The position numbers and the translations under genes were made by a program. From Octopus sinensis (Eukaryota), in contig NC_042998.1 of assembly GCF_006345805.1 (NCBI RefSeq), positions 194,184,001 to 194,248,000 of the forward strand: DNA of 64,000 nucleotides, in the 5' to 3' direction. Of the stretch, positions 39,258-51,446 are shown in pieces. Within the stretch, counting starts at the first letter, position 1. Each line of letters starts with the position of its first letter. Under the pieces are notes generated by a model, which worked only from the letters and a program-made list of their open reading frames with translations, was not told the DNA's origin and searched no databases.

Positions 39258-40030
39258 CAAGACCACTACATCACATCACACTTTGAAGGCTATGCGTTTG
39301 CAATCCAGGAACAGGAGATTGCCACAAAGTACCTGGTGGATAAGAGAGACAGAGACGCTCTTGTAATCCCAAGGTGCAACTGCATGTGCAGGCTGTCATA
39401 TTTCTGTGGAAGACATCATGCATGTGATTAGCAGCTGTCCTGAAATGTCGTCACAGTACTACGATGTTGTTGTTTAAACAATTTACAATGCCATCTGCAA
39501 AAAAGACTGTCCTGAAATAAACTTAGAAAATCTCTCTGTTATGAGATACATTCATTAACACCAACTCAAGGAATACTGATGGAATATTCCTATCAAAACC
39601 TCTGTCAAATGTAAACATAACAGGCCAGATGTTGTTGTTTGGGACAGAGGGGCAAAGGTGTGTACCATCATAGAGGTCAGCTGCCCTGCACATATATCTC
39701 TTACAAATCAAAGAAAAAGAAGATTTCTATGGACAACTGCTTAGAAACATCCAGCTTCTATATCCAGACTATGAATTCACATTCATACCAATAATAATTG
39801 GAGCACTAGGTTTTGTTAGTAAGTACTTAAAGGAGAATCTGGATAAATTGGGATTTTCAGAAACAGAAATCGACCGGCTAATTCGTACATTACAAGTGCA
39901 ATCTGTGAGTGGAACAGTAAAAATATGCAAGACTTTTCTCAAGTTCCAAATGTGAATTTGTCTGTAGTAACTACATCCCAAAGATGGAGCCTTGTATCTT
40001 TGTTGGAAACTGGCTCCCTCCTCAGTGGAA
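39258..40030 (+). mobile_element. R4/Dong-type RLE retrotransposon fragment (zinc knuckle plus endonuclease), frameshifted
   Basis: Reads FEGYAFAIQEQEIATKY, MCRL..HVISSCP, EYWWNIPIKTSVKCKHNRPDVVVWD, IEVSCP, GTVKICKTFLKF. Preceded by (TACA)n. Confidence 0.75.
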
Positions 40031-40216
40031 AGTTTATAATAATTAATAAATAGAACAGATATACATACAAAGACAGACCTACAGACAGCTAGATAGATTT
40101 TTAAAAAATTAGAACTTAAGCTTAGAGTCTGTCTCGTTACTCAAGCTTCTCGTCAGTGCAATCTTCAGGCGTAAACTCATGCCTCTCTCTCATTCGAACA
40201 ACATTTAAGCAACGTA

Positions 40217-40275
<59 letters not shown>

Positions 40276-40915
40276 AGTTGAAAACATATTCATGAGATAA
40301 TCATGAACCTCATTACACTTGCAACTTCAATCCTTCATAAATGTGGTACGCTCGCACTTTGCTACAAAAAAAAGCTACCTGTCTATGTTTGTGTATTTAA
40401 ATATATTTATAAGCAACAGATTTGCTCGTCTGTGTTTTCTCTCCATAATTGTCCTTTTTTCTTTCTTTTTTTCCCCCACTAATTATTGTTAACTCTCTTT
40501 TGAATAAGGCCTCGATTGAAACTTTGTAACAGGTCTAGATCTCTTTACCGTCAGTTAAACAAATGTAGTTTGTAAACTGCAACAGTTGGGAAAAGGACGA
40601 CAACATTATAAGAGAGTTAATGCAAATACATAGCTGGACGTGAGCTTGCATATATGTTAGCAGGACTTGATTCTCTCTCTCGCCTTCTGTACTATGCTAC
40701 TTCCTGTTTGCTTAACACCAGCAACACAACCGAAGTGTTGGAACCCTTGACTCCATAATTTATTTTTAAGACAATGAACACAGGTACTCGCATACAGAAA
40801 CACACACACACACGCACACATCACAGACTCGCACGCACGTACACACAAACGCACGCTCACATAAATCTAAACGTAAATCTACCTACATGTATATCAACAA
40901 AGTATTATATATATA

Positions 40916-40984
<69 letters not shown>

Positions 40985-40985
<1 letters not shown>

Positions 40986-41472
40986 CGTTTAAATATTTGT
41001 TGTGCAAGATTTTTTATGTGAAGTCGTGTGTTGAAACAGATATTGTTATATTTCGGAATGGTTATATTGCCAGTTTAGCCAATAAAAACACACGCACTAT
41101 ATATTTGGTGTTATTTTGCTTCAGTGATATTTATTTTTTACATTAATCTTAATCTTATTTCGGCCAAAGTTCTTTCGTCACACTCCTGTGACCGCATCAG
41201 TGGTCCTTTGTTTTCTTCTCACTTACTTGTGTCTCTCCTTACTAACCGTCAGTAACTAACTTACGGTTAGTAAGGAGAGACACAAGTAAGTGAGAAGAAA
41301 ACAAAGGACCACTGATGCGGTCACAGGAGTGTGACGAAAGAACTTTGGCCGAAATAAGATTAAGATTAATGTAAAAAATAAATATCACTGAAGCAAAATA
41401 ACACCAAATATATAGTGCGTGTGTTTTTATTGGCTAAACTGGCAATATGACCATTCCGAAATATAACAATAT
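40985..41472. mobile_element. Fold-back element in (TA)n with near-perfect 210-bp inverted arms
   Basis: 41040-41249 is the reverse complement of 41263-41472, with one mismatch seen. 13-nt spacer; unique extension at 40985-41039. Confidence 0.92.
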
Positions 41473-41503
41473 ATATATATATAATATATATATATATTTA
41501 TAT

Positions 41504-41554
<51 letters not shown>

Positions 41555-41768
41555 TAGAACCATGCTAATAGCTTAGGAGTGAAATTTAGGATCTCTTGGT
41601 TTTCGGTGAATCGATTTTGCTAAAACTTTTCTCAGCTCGTTTTCATGCTATGGCAACACTAATGTTATGTTTTTTTTAATTATTCCGTGTAACGTCCTTT
41701 CTTTTATATTTCAAATTCTTCAATTTTGGGGTGAACCACACTAATAGCGTCTCTCCTCTCGAAGAACA

Positions 41769-42247
41769 ATGAGGCATGGAAAAGGCCTTAATTATGAAAG
41801 AAAGTCTGTCATCATCAAGGAAAGTGCTAAAGGCACCTAGCTTCATGTCACTGCGGAGAAGTTAGGTCGTCATGTAGACAAGGTTAGACGATTCCTGAAG
41901 GACCATTCGGCATGGAAGAAACGATCTGATTGTGGGACCTCTGACACAGCTAGTGATTTAAGGAATATTGACAGCAAATTTCGTTCGAAACCTGGATAAA
42001 CAAGCAAAGCCATTTTCACTGCCTCCGGACTTCCTCGTGTACCGAAAACCACCAGAAATCGCATCCTCGGGACCATGGCCTCCGTGCGAGAACCCCTGAA
42101 ACTACCTCCTTTAACGCCCCGTCACAGGAGTTTGAGGCTTCAATAGGCTCAAAAGTACATGACGAAACCAGGGCAACCGTTGACGGACCTGACGGTTGGG
42201 CAAATGGTTGGGTCTATTTTGGCGATGAGCATCACCAACGTTTACGT
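41769..42247 (+). mobile_element. Tc1-like transposase pseudogene, 5' part (continues at 45431-45526)
   Basis: Reads MRHGKGL...PPLTPRHRSLRLQ*AQKYM..ETRATVDGPDGWANGWV..QRLR with stops and a deletion; resumes as RQQQAGGVILWTDII..LVSPVRV at 45431. Confidence 0.85.
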
Positions 42248-43067
42248 TGTAGGCGCAGTCATCTCTCCTGACGGCGGCTGCCTAAATAGCCAGCCACTAC
42301 AGGGCACACGCAACACTATGGTTCGGAGACTTACCCCTTCCTCATTCGCATCGAGTCGCCGGAGTGTAAAGACATGACCTAGCTATCTCTCGTACACACG
42401 CGGCAGCTAGCAGATATCGAGCATACATGAGGTAATACACAGAAGAGTGTAGTGATACTATAACGGTGCGCGATCGCGCACCGTCCATTTGTATTTCGCG
42501 CGTGTTGGTGCCTTTACCAAGGCAGAGAAAGGAAGGGCCCTCTCGCGCATGCGCGAACCACCGGAAGCACGACCCCTTTGCCTACGTGGTAGTTAGCGAG
42601 GCAGGGGGGTCGTAGAACGTTTGACCGCTAGCAGCAGTCAGGGGTGACTTTGAGACATGGCTATCGAAGGCAACGGTCGCGATATATTTTCTCTCCGTTC
42701 GAACTAGCTTCTAGCAGTCCTTACCAAAAGGGCTTTAACTAAATTGTTGCAGACCAACATCGTCTCCATTGTTCGACGCCATTTTGACCCGTTATGTTTT
42801 TTGGCGGCTGAATATTGTAAATATTACAATCGATTAACTTTCAGCTTGCGCGCCCAGAACCAAGGACATCAGATAACACACTTATTGTTATTGTTACTAA
42901 GAAAGAGAATAAAGTAGTATATATATATTTTACGTCTGCATCTTGTTGTTTCTGACGGGCAGAGATTCTGGATTATTAAAGCAACGGCTAGTGAGTGATT
43001 GCTTTCTTGTACCCTGAAAGTACAAGACAAGATATTCACACACTCACTCACACTAAGTTCGTTACAG

Positions 43068-43088
43068 TGGTGACCTTCCGACGTGATT
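43068..43088 (+). other. Primer binding site complementary to the tRNA-Trp 3' end
   Basis: TGGTGACCTTCCGACGTGATT versus the expected TGGTGACCCCGACGTGATT (2-nt insertion), 1 nt after the 5' LTR. Confidence 0.8.
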
Positions 43089-44592
43089 CTGGTCTAAAAC
43101 CAGAGATCACTTAACAACAACAAAAAATCCAGTTTTTTCTGCGAAGTCGGAACACGATTTAACTCTACGCATTCATCTTTCGACGATTTGTTTCCGGCCA
43201 CCACAAACAGTTGTAGAAGGAGCCTCTTTCTTATTCTACAGCAATGATGACGAACGCCATCACATCAACGATGCTATTTCTCTGCCTTCGTCATCATCAT
43301 CGCCGTCTTACTACTTCACGTCGTCGCTATCTTCGTCGCCATCATCACTAAGAACGATGTTGTCTCAAGTCCACTACAGTCGCCACCACCACCGTCGCCT
43401 TTCAACATCGTCGACCTCCACAAGATGTACATAGCAACTCGCGGAACTTTAGCGTGCACGCTGTTTTGTGCATATGCACACCAAGGATAAACAGCACCGT
43501 CTATCTACGAGATTCTTCTGTTCCAGTTAACCTGTCACAGCATTGAAGCCACAACCGCTACACATTGTGTTCAATCGGCATCTGCATTTGTGATCTCAAC
43601 ATTCTGTTACAGAACGAACTGCTATTGTACATCAGGCTATTACAGACTGGTAAATTAACTCTTGTCTGGAATAGCACCCCGAGAGATTTTTTTCTATGCG
43701 CTGTATTTTTTATATTTTGCTCGCATTCACCTTGTATGTATTTGTCGCACACACGTACACACACATAAATGCTCTCTCTCACATACATACGTCACACATG
43801 CTTTTCTCGCTTGTTTGTTCCATGCTAAATTTGCCTTTTGTGGACACCCCTCATTTCTATAGACCCTAGGTCGGTCACGTATACATAGAGAGGGTTGTTT
43901 GTCCATATAACGCGCCAGCATGTCATACTTTTGTTCCTATACGAACGAAGCATAATCGCTCTTAACCACTGGCATATTCATTGCTGTTTTTTCGGTCTGG
44001 CAAGCTCTTATTGCATTTCATGCGCCTTTTGCTTCGCACGTGTATTCCCTTGTTTTTTGCAACACGTTTGCAGTAGCTTAGTTTTTCCCGACTCATAGGA
44101 CGTCGGATGTTCACATGCGCTGCGCCATGTATGGGCGTAATTATTTTTCCCTGTTAGACCACTGTTGGTCACGTAATTAACAGAAAATTATCTGTGTCGC
44201 GCATCACACCAGCATGTTTGCACTTTTGCCTTTTGTGTTACTAGCGAGCTTCTGTCAATTCCATTTCCTCTCCTGCAGCAATTGATTTAACTGCTATTTG
44301 CAGGATCAACTACCTTTAGAGAAGTTGGATTTTAATTTCGCCTAGGTTCAAAACTGTGAGTTCTGCTTTTCTTCGCTCCTTCAGCGGAAGGTTCTATACT
44401 TTGTGACGTATACACTTTCATGCATGCACTCTTGATTTTTGCTCATTGAGTATTTTTTCTCTTTTTCCTTTAGTAAATTTCTTGTGTATGTTGTAAATTT
44501 TGCCATTATATTATTGTGTGCTATTTGGTTATCTGGTGTCCACCTTGAGTTTTGCAGTCACTACAATAAGTTTCCTTTCGTGCGTACGCACT

Positions 44593-44601
44593 GGAGGGGA
44601 G
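44593..44601 (+). other. Polypurine tract of the LTR element
   Basis: GGAGGGGAG, 3 nt before the 3' LTR. Confidence 0.75.
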
Positions 44602-46036
44602 CCTTGTAGTGATACTATAACGGTGCGCGATCGCGCACCGTCCATTTGTATTTCGCGCGTGTTGGTGCCTTTACCAAGGCAGAGAAAGGAAGGGCCCTCT
44701 CGCGCATGCGCGAACCACCGGAAGCACGACCCCTTTGCCTACGTGGTAGTTAGCGAGGCAGGGGGGGTCGTAGAACGTTTGACCGCTAGCAGCAGTCAGG
44801 GGTGACTTTGAGACATGGCTATCGAAGGCAACGGTCGCGATATATTTTCTCTCCGTTCGAACTAGCTTCTAGCAGTCCTTACCAAAAGGGCTTTAACTAA
44901 ATTGTTGCAGACCAACATCGTCTCCATTGTTCGACGCCATTTTGACCCGTTATGTTTTTTGGCGGCTGAATATTGTAAATATTACAATCGATTAACTTTC
45001 AGCCTTGCGCGCCCAGAACCAAGGACATCAGATAACACACTTATTGTTATTGTTACTAAGAAAGAGAATAAAGTAGTATATATATATTTTACGTCTGCGT
45101 CTTGTTGTTTCTGACGGGCAGAGATTCTGGATTATTAAAGCAACGGCTAGTGAGTGATTGCTTTCTTGTACCCCGAAAGTACAAGACAAGATATTCACAC
45201 ACTCACTCACACTAAGTTCGTTACAAGAGTTTACAAGAGAAGACCACGACCATCAAACTCTTTCAATTATTATTCAATTTATATATATTTGAGACCTCGA
45301 ATAAAGGTATTTAAAGTTGCAGTTCTATGAATTCCTTGTAAAGTGATCCTTTCTCGTATGACATACAACAGCTTTATGAATAGAGTCATCATTAGATGAT
45401 TTCACAGCGTGAGACCTCGACCATCTAAAGCGTCAACAACAGGCTGGAGGAGTCATATTGTGGACTGATATCATTGTGGACAGACTTGTTAGCCCAGTCA
45501 GGGTGTCTAAATGGATTAAAGTAAGTCATATTCACTTTAAAATATTTTTTAAGTATGCCCAAAAATTTTTTTTAAATAATTTTAAAAACATCAGAATGTT
45601 GTCTGCTTAAAGAAAGCTAAAATATAAATACTTACAGCACAAGCAATGTACATTTTTGAAATCGCGATCACTTTAAAATATTTCAAAATGATTAAAATAT
45701 TGTGTTTAACAAAATCGAAAATATAAACATTTACTGTAAAAAACAACTACTATTTTTTCGTTGTCAAGTCACTGGATCTAATCGAAAGGTTAGAGTTTCT
45801 TCCCTTTCAGGATTACATTATTTTCGGAGTATTTTCCCATTATGCACCATTTGGGGTTTTATACCCCCGAAAACCCCTAATATCTCAATAACCAGTTGTC
45901 CGATTTATGCGACACTAGTTTTATTCTGTTCGTATTCACATTTCAGGGGTAACTTATTTCATAATATTTTCCTATTATACGCCAGCTTGGCTGGGTAACA
46001 TTGCAAGCAAGCAAGATTCAAGCTCACTTTTGATGC

Positions 46037-46087
<51 letters not shown>

Positions 46088-46091
<4 letters not shown>

Positions 46092-48448
46092 CATAGTCAA
46101 CTGCTACAAGGGTAAGGGTGATGCTCTAGATAGAAATAACTACAGGGGTATTAAATTGTTGGATCAGGTGATGAAGGTCACAGAGAGGGTCATAACCCAT
46201 CTCATTAGGGAGAGAATTTGCTTAGATGAGATGCAGTTTGGTTTTGTGCCGGGTAGAAGCACCACTGATGCTATATTCCTGGTCCACAACTGCAGGAGAA
46301 GTACCTAGCTAAAGATAAACCCCTCTACATAGCTTTTGTGGACTCGGAGAAAGCTTTGACAGGGTTCCCCGATCCCTTATCTGGTGGTCGATGCGGAAAC
46401 TGGAGATTGACGAATGGCTAATAAGGGCTGTACAGGCTCTATACAGAGAGGCTGTCAGCAAGGTTAGGATTGGCAACGAATATAGTGAAGAATTCCGGGT
46501 AGAAGTAGGTGTACACCAAGGCTCAGCCCTCAGTCCCCTTTTATTCATCATAGTCCTCCAGGCAATAACAGAGGAATTCAAAACAGGTTGCCCCTGGGAG
46601 CTCCTCTATGCTGATGACCTGGCCCTCATAGCAGAATCACTACCGGAACTAAAAAAGAAATTTCAGGTGTGGAAACAAGGGTTAGAATCAAAGGGCCTTA
46701 GTAAATGTAGCAAAGACCAAAGTTATAGTAAGCAGAAAGGCGAACTCAGCACACACCCCATCAGGAAGGTGGCCCTGCTCGAGCTGTAGGAAAGGTGTAG
46801 GTAGAAACTCCATAAGATGCACCCAGTGTAAGCTATGGATGCATAAGAGGTGCAGCAACATCAAAGGAAAATTAACTGATAAGATAGCTTTCATGTGTGG
46901 CAGATGCACAGGGACAATAGACACCACAAATACTCAGAAAACAGATTCCATCACACTCCAGGGGGAGAAACTAGAAGTAGTTGATAGTTTCCGCTACCTG
47001 GGTGACCAAGTTAGTAGTGGGGGTGGATGCTCAGAGAGTGTCACCACTAGAATACGAATAGCCTGGGCAAAGTTTAGAAAGCTCCTACCCCTACTGGCGA
47101 CAAAGGGTCTCTCACTCAGAGTGAAAGGTAGATTGTACGATGCATGTGTGCGAACTGCCATGCTTCACGGCAGTGAAACATGGGCCGTGACTGCAGAGGA
47201 CATGCGTAGACTTGAAAGAAATGAAGCTAGCATGATCCGCTGGATGTGTAATGTCAGTGTGAATGCACGACAGAGTGTAAGCACCCTGAGAGAAATGCTA
47301 GGCATAAGAAGCATCAGATGTGGTGTGCAAGAGCGACGCCTGCGATGGTATGGTCATGTACTGCGGATGGATGAGGAGAGATGTGTGAAGAAGTGCCACT
47401 CCCGAACAGTTGAAGGAATCAGGGGGAGAGGTAGACCCAGGAAGACATGGGATGAGGTAGTCAAGCATGACCTCAGAGCGTTGGGCCTCACTGAGGCAAT
47501 GGCGAAGGACCGAGATCTCTGGAGATGTGCTGTGACTACTAAGACCCAGGATGCTTCCGGCACCAGTTCTGCATAGCCCCTGCCCATTCAAAGTACCTTG
47601 GATCCCGGAACATCTCGCTGTGCTTGAGGAGACCTGTTGAGTCAAGTGCATGTACATGAACATCGAAACAAATATCAATGGAAATAGTAGTTGTGATACC
47701 TGTGCCGGTGGCACATAAAAAGCACCATCCGAACGTGGCCATTGCCAGTGCCGCCTCGACTGGCTTCTGTGCTGGTGGCACATAAAAAGCACCATCCGAA
47801 CGTGACCGATGCCAACCCCGCCTCGAATGGCTTCTGTGCCGGTGACACATAAAAAGCACCAACCGATCGTGGCCGATGCCAGACCCCTCTGGCACCTGTG
47901 CAGGTGGCACGTAAAAAGCACCCACTACACTCGCGGAGTGGTTGGCGTTAGGAAGGGCATCCAGCTGTAGAAACACTGCCAGATCAGACTGGAGCCTGGT
48001 GCAGCTATCTGGTTCGCCAGCCCTCAGTCAAAATCTGACAGAGTTTCTATGGCTGGATGCTCTTCCTTATGCCAACCACTCCGCGAGTGTAGTGGGTGCT
48101 TTTTACGTGCCACCTGCACAGGTGCCAGGGGGTGTCCAGCATCGGTCACGATCGGTTGGAGCTTTTAACGTGCCAGCGGCAAAGATAATGCATGATTAAT
48201 TCATAACAAAATGAATAAATATGCATGGCACCCTGTGCCAGTGGCACTCCGTGCTGGTGGCACCCCATGCTGGTGGCACATAAAAAGCACCCACTACACT
48301 CTCAGAGTGGTTGGCGTTAGGAAGAGCATCCAGCTGTAGAAACTCTGCCAGATCAAGATTGGAGCCTGGTGCAGCCATCTGGTTCGCCAGCCCTCAGTCA
48401 AAATCGTCCAACCCATGCTAGCATGGAAAGCGGACATTCAACGACGAT
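46088..48448 (+). mobile_element. 5'-truncated RTE-clade LINE (frameshifted RT plus repeat-rich 3' UTR)
   Basis: RT motifs NYRGIKLL, QFGF, GVHQGSALSPLLF, LLYADDLAL, YLG, then RLRWYGHV and GRPRKTW. The 3' tail is CCCATGCTAGCATGGAAAGCGGAC. Confidence 0.95.
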
Positions 48449-49134
48449 TCATTGGACAGAATAATCTGAATGCTAAAGGGTTAACGCCTCCATCAGTCAG
48501 AGTTGACCCCAGTACTTACAATTAGAAAATCTTTCTCCAGGAGGCAGGTTTGTGCAGGGGGTTTTTTTTATGGAAGGCCATGAGGTACCCAAACAGCAAT
48601 TCAACTCTATAACATTAGTGTTGTCTAATGGAAGCAAAGACTGATTCAGCTTGGATTAGGGTTAGGGTTAGGGTATGATACTGATGTCATAACGTTTAAA
48701 CTCAGAATGTAATACTACAAAGCATTTTGTCCAAAGCCTTAATGACACTACCAATCCACTGCCCTCTCTCTCTCATACACATACACACACACACACACAC
48801 AAAAGCACACAGGCTCACACACAAATAAAAATATGAAGCTGTCAATATTGTTGTAACTTTAATGAGTTAAAGCAACTACAAAACTTGTATAGAGAAATAG
48901 ATATATAGATATGTATTATAAATAGGTTATTATGTAGGTAGATAAGTAGGTAAGTTCATAGGTTGACAGATCCTTGGTAAACAGGTAGGCCAATAGATAG
49001 ATAGAAAAAAACATATCTTGTTGGGACAGAATCAATAAATAAATGGCTGGATGAATTGATGATAAATGGGTTAAGTTATAACTGTATTCATGGTGTTTTA
49101 TTTGAAACAATTCATTCAGCCCACTTTTTGTTTT

Positions 49135-49295
49135 TTACAACATGAATGGCAGATCAAGGTTTTTTTCTCCAGTGCCAAAATAAAGTGAACCAAATTTTGG
49201 TGTTCCAGGTCTTGCATAGAATGTATATCCAGGCCAAAGTAAGCTTCGGATTATAACCATGCCACAGCCACGCTCGAACTGGAAACTCCAGCAGC
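49135..49295 (-). CDS. RSPH9: Radial spoke head protein 9, exon 5 (last)
   Basis: TTTCAG| acceptor, phase 1. Encodes GCWSFQFERG...RSLLWPG...YFGTGEKNLDLPFML*, the characteristic RSPH9 C-terminus. Confidence 0.95.
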
Positions 49296-49503
49296 CTGAA
49301 ACGAGAAGGCTGAGATTGAAACGAAGGCAAATATTTATCTTTTCATATGTAACTGTATTCATATACAAAACACAATATTTTAAACATGTTGCAGTGTTAT
49401 ACGCAAGAGATTATTGCTCTGAATAAGATATTCTACAATCCTGAAATGCTTTCATTGACTGATCTGAGAAGGAATACAAAATTATTTCAAAATTATAATT
49501 ATA

Positions 49504-49666
49504 GGCGCAGGAGTGGCTGTGTGGTAAGTAGCTTGCTTACCAACCACATGGTTCCAGGTTCAGTCTCACTGCGTGGCATCTTAGGCAAGTGTCTTCTGCT
49601 ATAGCCCCGGGCTGATCAATGCCTTGTGAGTGGATTTGGTAGACAGAAACTGAAAGAAGCCTGTCG

Positions 49667-49706
<40 letters not shown>

Positions 49707-49870
49707 GGTGTTAGGAAGGGCATCCAGCCGTAGAAACACTGCCAGATCAGACTGGGCCTGATGCAGCCTTCTGGCTTCACAGACCCCAGTTGGTCGATTT
49801 GCTCGACTAAAGGCGGTGCTCCAGCATGGCCGCAGTCAAATGACTGAAACAAGTAAAAGAGTAAAAGAGT
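49504..49870 (+). mobile_element. SINE family C with an internal RTE-tail fragment (chimeric)
   Basis: Family C head and tail flank (TA)n plus TTAGGAAGGGCATCCAGC...CAGACCCC (about 49710-49790). Confidence 0.8.
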
Positions 49871-49952
49871 ATATGTTGCTGTTTAATTTACTTACTTAAA
49901 CACCGGATACAAAACACTATTTGTCAAACTAATGGCTTAAACTGCATTTTAC

Positions 49953-50099
49953 CTTTTGGAATATCATCTTCAATAATATCCATGAAATCCAAGGATCTGT
50001 CCATATTTGATCTTTCAATTATGGGTTTCTTACTCAGCAGAACAGCTGGTCGGAAGTGCATGTACGAATAAAGTTTAGAAGCATCGTTTGCAAACAATC
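49953..50099 (-). CDS. RSPH9: RSPH9 exon 4
   Basis: CTAAG| acceptor and G|GTAAAA donor, both phase 1. Encodes GLFANDASKLYSYMHFR...DRSLDFMDIIEDDIPK. Confidence 0.93.
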
Positions 50100-51118
50100 C
50101 TTAGAAGAAAATAAAAAAGAAAAGAGGTTAATTAATAGAATAGATCATAATTAGATAGAAATAATAATGCAATATCATCCTGATTAATTAAATACAAATG
50201 GTAATTAATAAAGCATAACAATTAAATAGAACATGATAATTAAATAGAAGAGCAAAAGTTCAAATTTTACACCATCCATTCTGTGCTGACCCTCAGCACA
50301 GGTCATAGCTCAACTTGATCTAATTTGTAAAGATGACAAAAGAAATGTAGAGGTTTGACTCATATTTTACTGTTGTTGTTGTTGTTGTTAAGCAACAAGA
50401 TGGGTAAGGGTGATTAGGTGATGGTCTAGGGCTTAGGAGCAGGAGACCCCAGACCTTGGAGAAAAAAAAAACTTTGGTCGTCTTGTTGTAGTCGAGGGCT
50501 CTTCGTTGACGCCCGACACCACTGGGAAATGGCCCTCAAAGTTGCTGGAAATGGATATCTCCAGGTCCAAATTCTTGAATGGCTGCTGTTGCTGTTGTTG
50601 TTGTTTAGCTCCCAGGTATGCTGATCAAGCATACCTATGCCATCATTTTTTTTTTCTTGACACAGGTATAGCCAAGTAGTTAAGAAATTATTTGCTTAGC
50701 AGCCATGTGGCTGCTACATGTTTGATCCAACTACATGAGATATTGGGTGTCTTCCACTGTAGCTTCATAATGCATGTGTGTGTATGCATGCATGTATGTA
50801 TGTGAATGTGCATTGTGTGTATTGTGTAGGTGTAGGTGTGTGTGTGTGTAGGAATATTTACATGTCATGTGTATTGTGAGTATGTGTCTCTCTGTATCCA
50901 TATCTGTGCTTGTGTGCCCTGGTGTATATTCATACATTGTTATATTGCTCTAATTTAATTCTATGTTCTGACTAAGTATCGAACCAAGTTTAGTGACTCT
51001 GCTTTATTTCATGCGTTCACTTCGTGTCCTTTTAAAGTGAACTTTTGACTGCCTTCTAATTTGCATACTGGTTTGTTTCATAAATGGCATGATACTTTTT
51101 GCACATGGATTTTTAAGT

Positions 51119-51446
51119 TGTGCCGGTGGCACGTAAAAAGCACCATCCGAACGTGGCCGATGCCAGTGCCACCTCGATTGGCTTCTGTGCCGGTGGCACG
51201 TAAAAAGCACCAACCGATCATGGCCGCTGCCAGCTTCCCCTGGCACCTGTACCGGTGACACATAAAAAGCACCCACTACACTCATGGAGTGGTTGGCGTT
51301 AGGAAGGGCATCCAGCTGTAGAAACACTGCCAGATCAGACTGGAGCCTGGTGCAGCCTCTGGCTTCCCAGACCCGGGTCAAACTGTCCAACCCATGCTAG
51401 CATGGAAAACGAGACGTTAAATGATGACGATGATGATGATGATGAT
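51119..51446 (+). mobile_element. RTE LINE 3' tail fragment with (GAT)n end
   Basis: Matches 47700-48448. Other tail copies at 38370-38520(+), 52256-52315(+), 55337-55524(-), 55735-55830(-), 56391-56735(-) and 62820-62990(+). Confidence 0.9.

Larger units (their letters stand above)
42448..45225 (+). mobile_element. Non-autonomous LTR retrotransposon (Ty3/Gypsy-like ends), LTRs 42448-43066 and 44605-45225
   Basis: TG...CA LTRs of 619 and 621 bp, nearly identical. 4-bp TSD AGAG (42444-42447 and 45226-45229). PBS and PPT are present; no gag/pol ORF in the 1.5-kb interior. Confidence 0.93.

Noticed and set aside
40110-40175. Minus-strand CTGAAGA with a weak stem
   Set aside because: It is followed by C-GAGA rather than GAAA and no stem I or III is evident; at best a decayed motif.
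47701-47922. CRISPR-like repeat-spacer pattern
   Set aside because: The spacers are homologous to each other, the array is part of a multi-copy eukaryotic LINE 3' UTR, and there are no cas genes.
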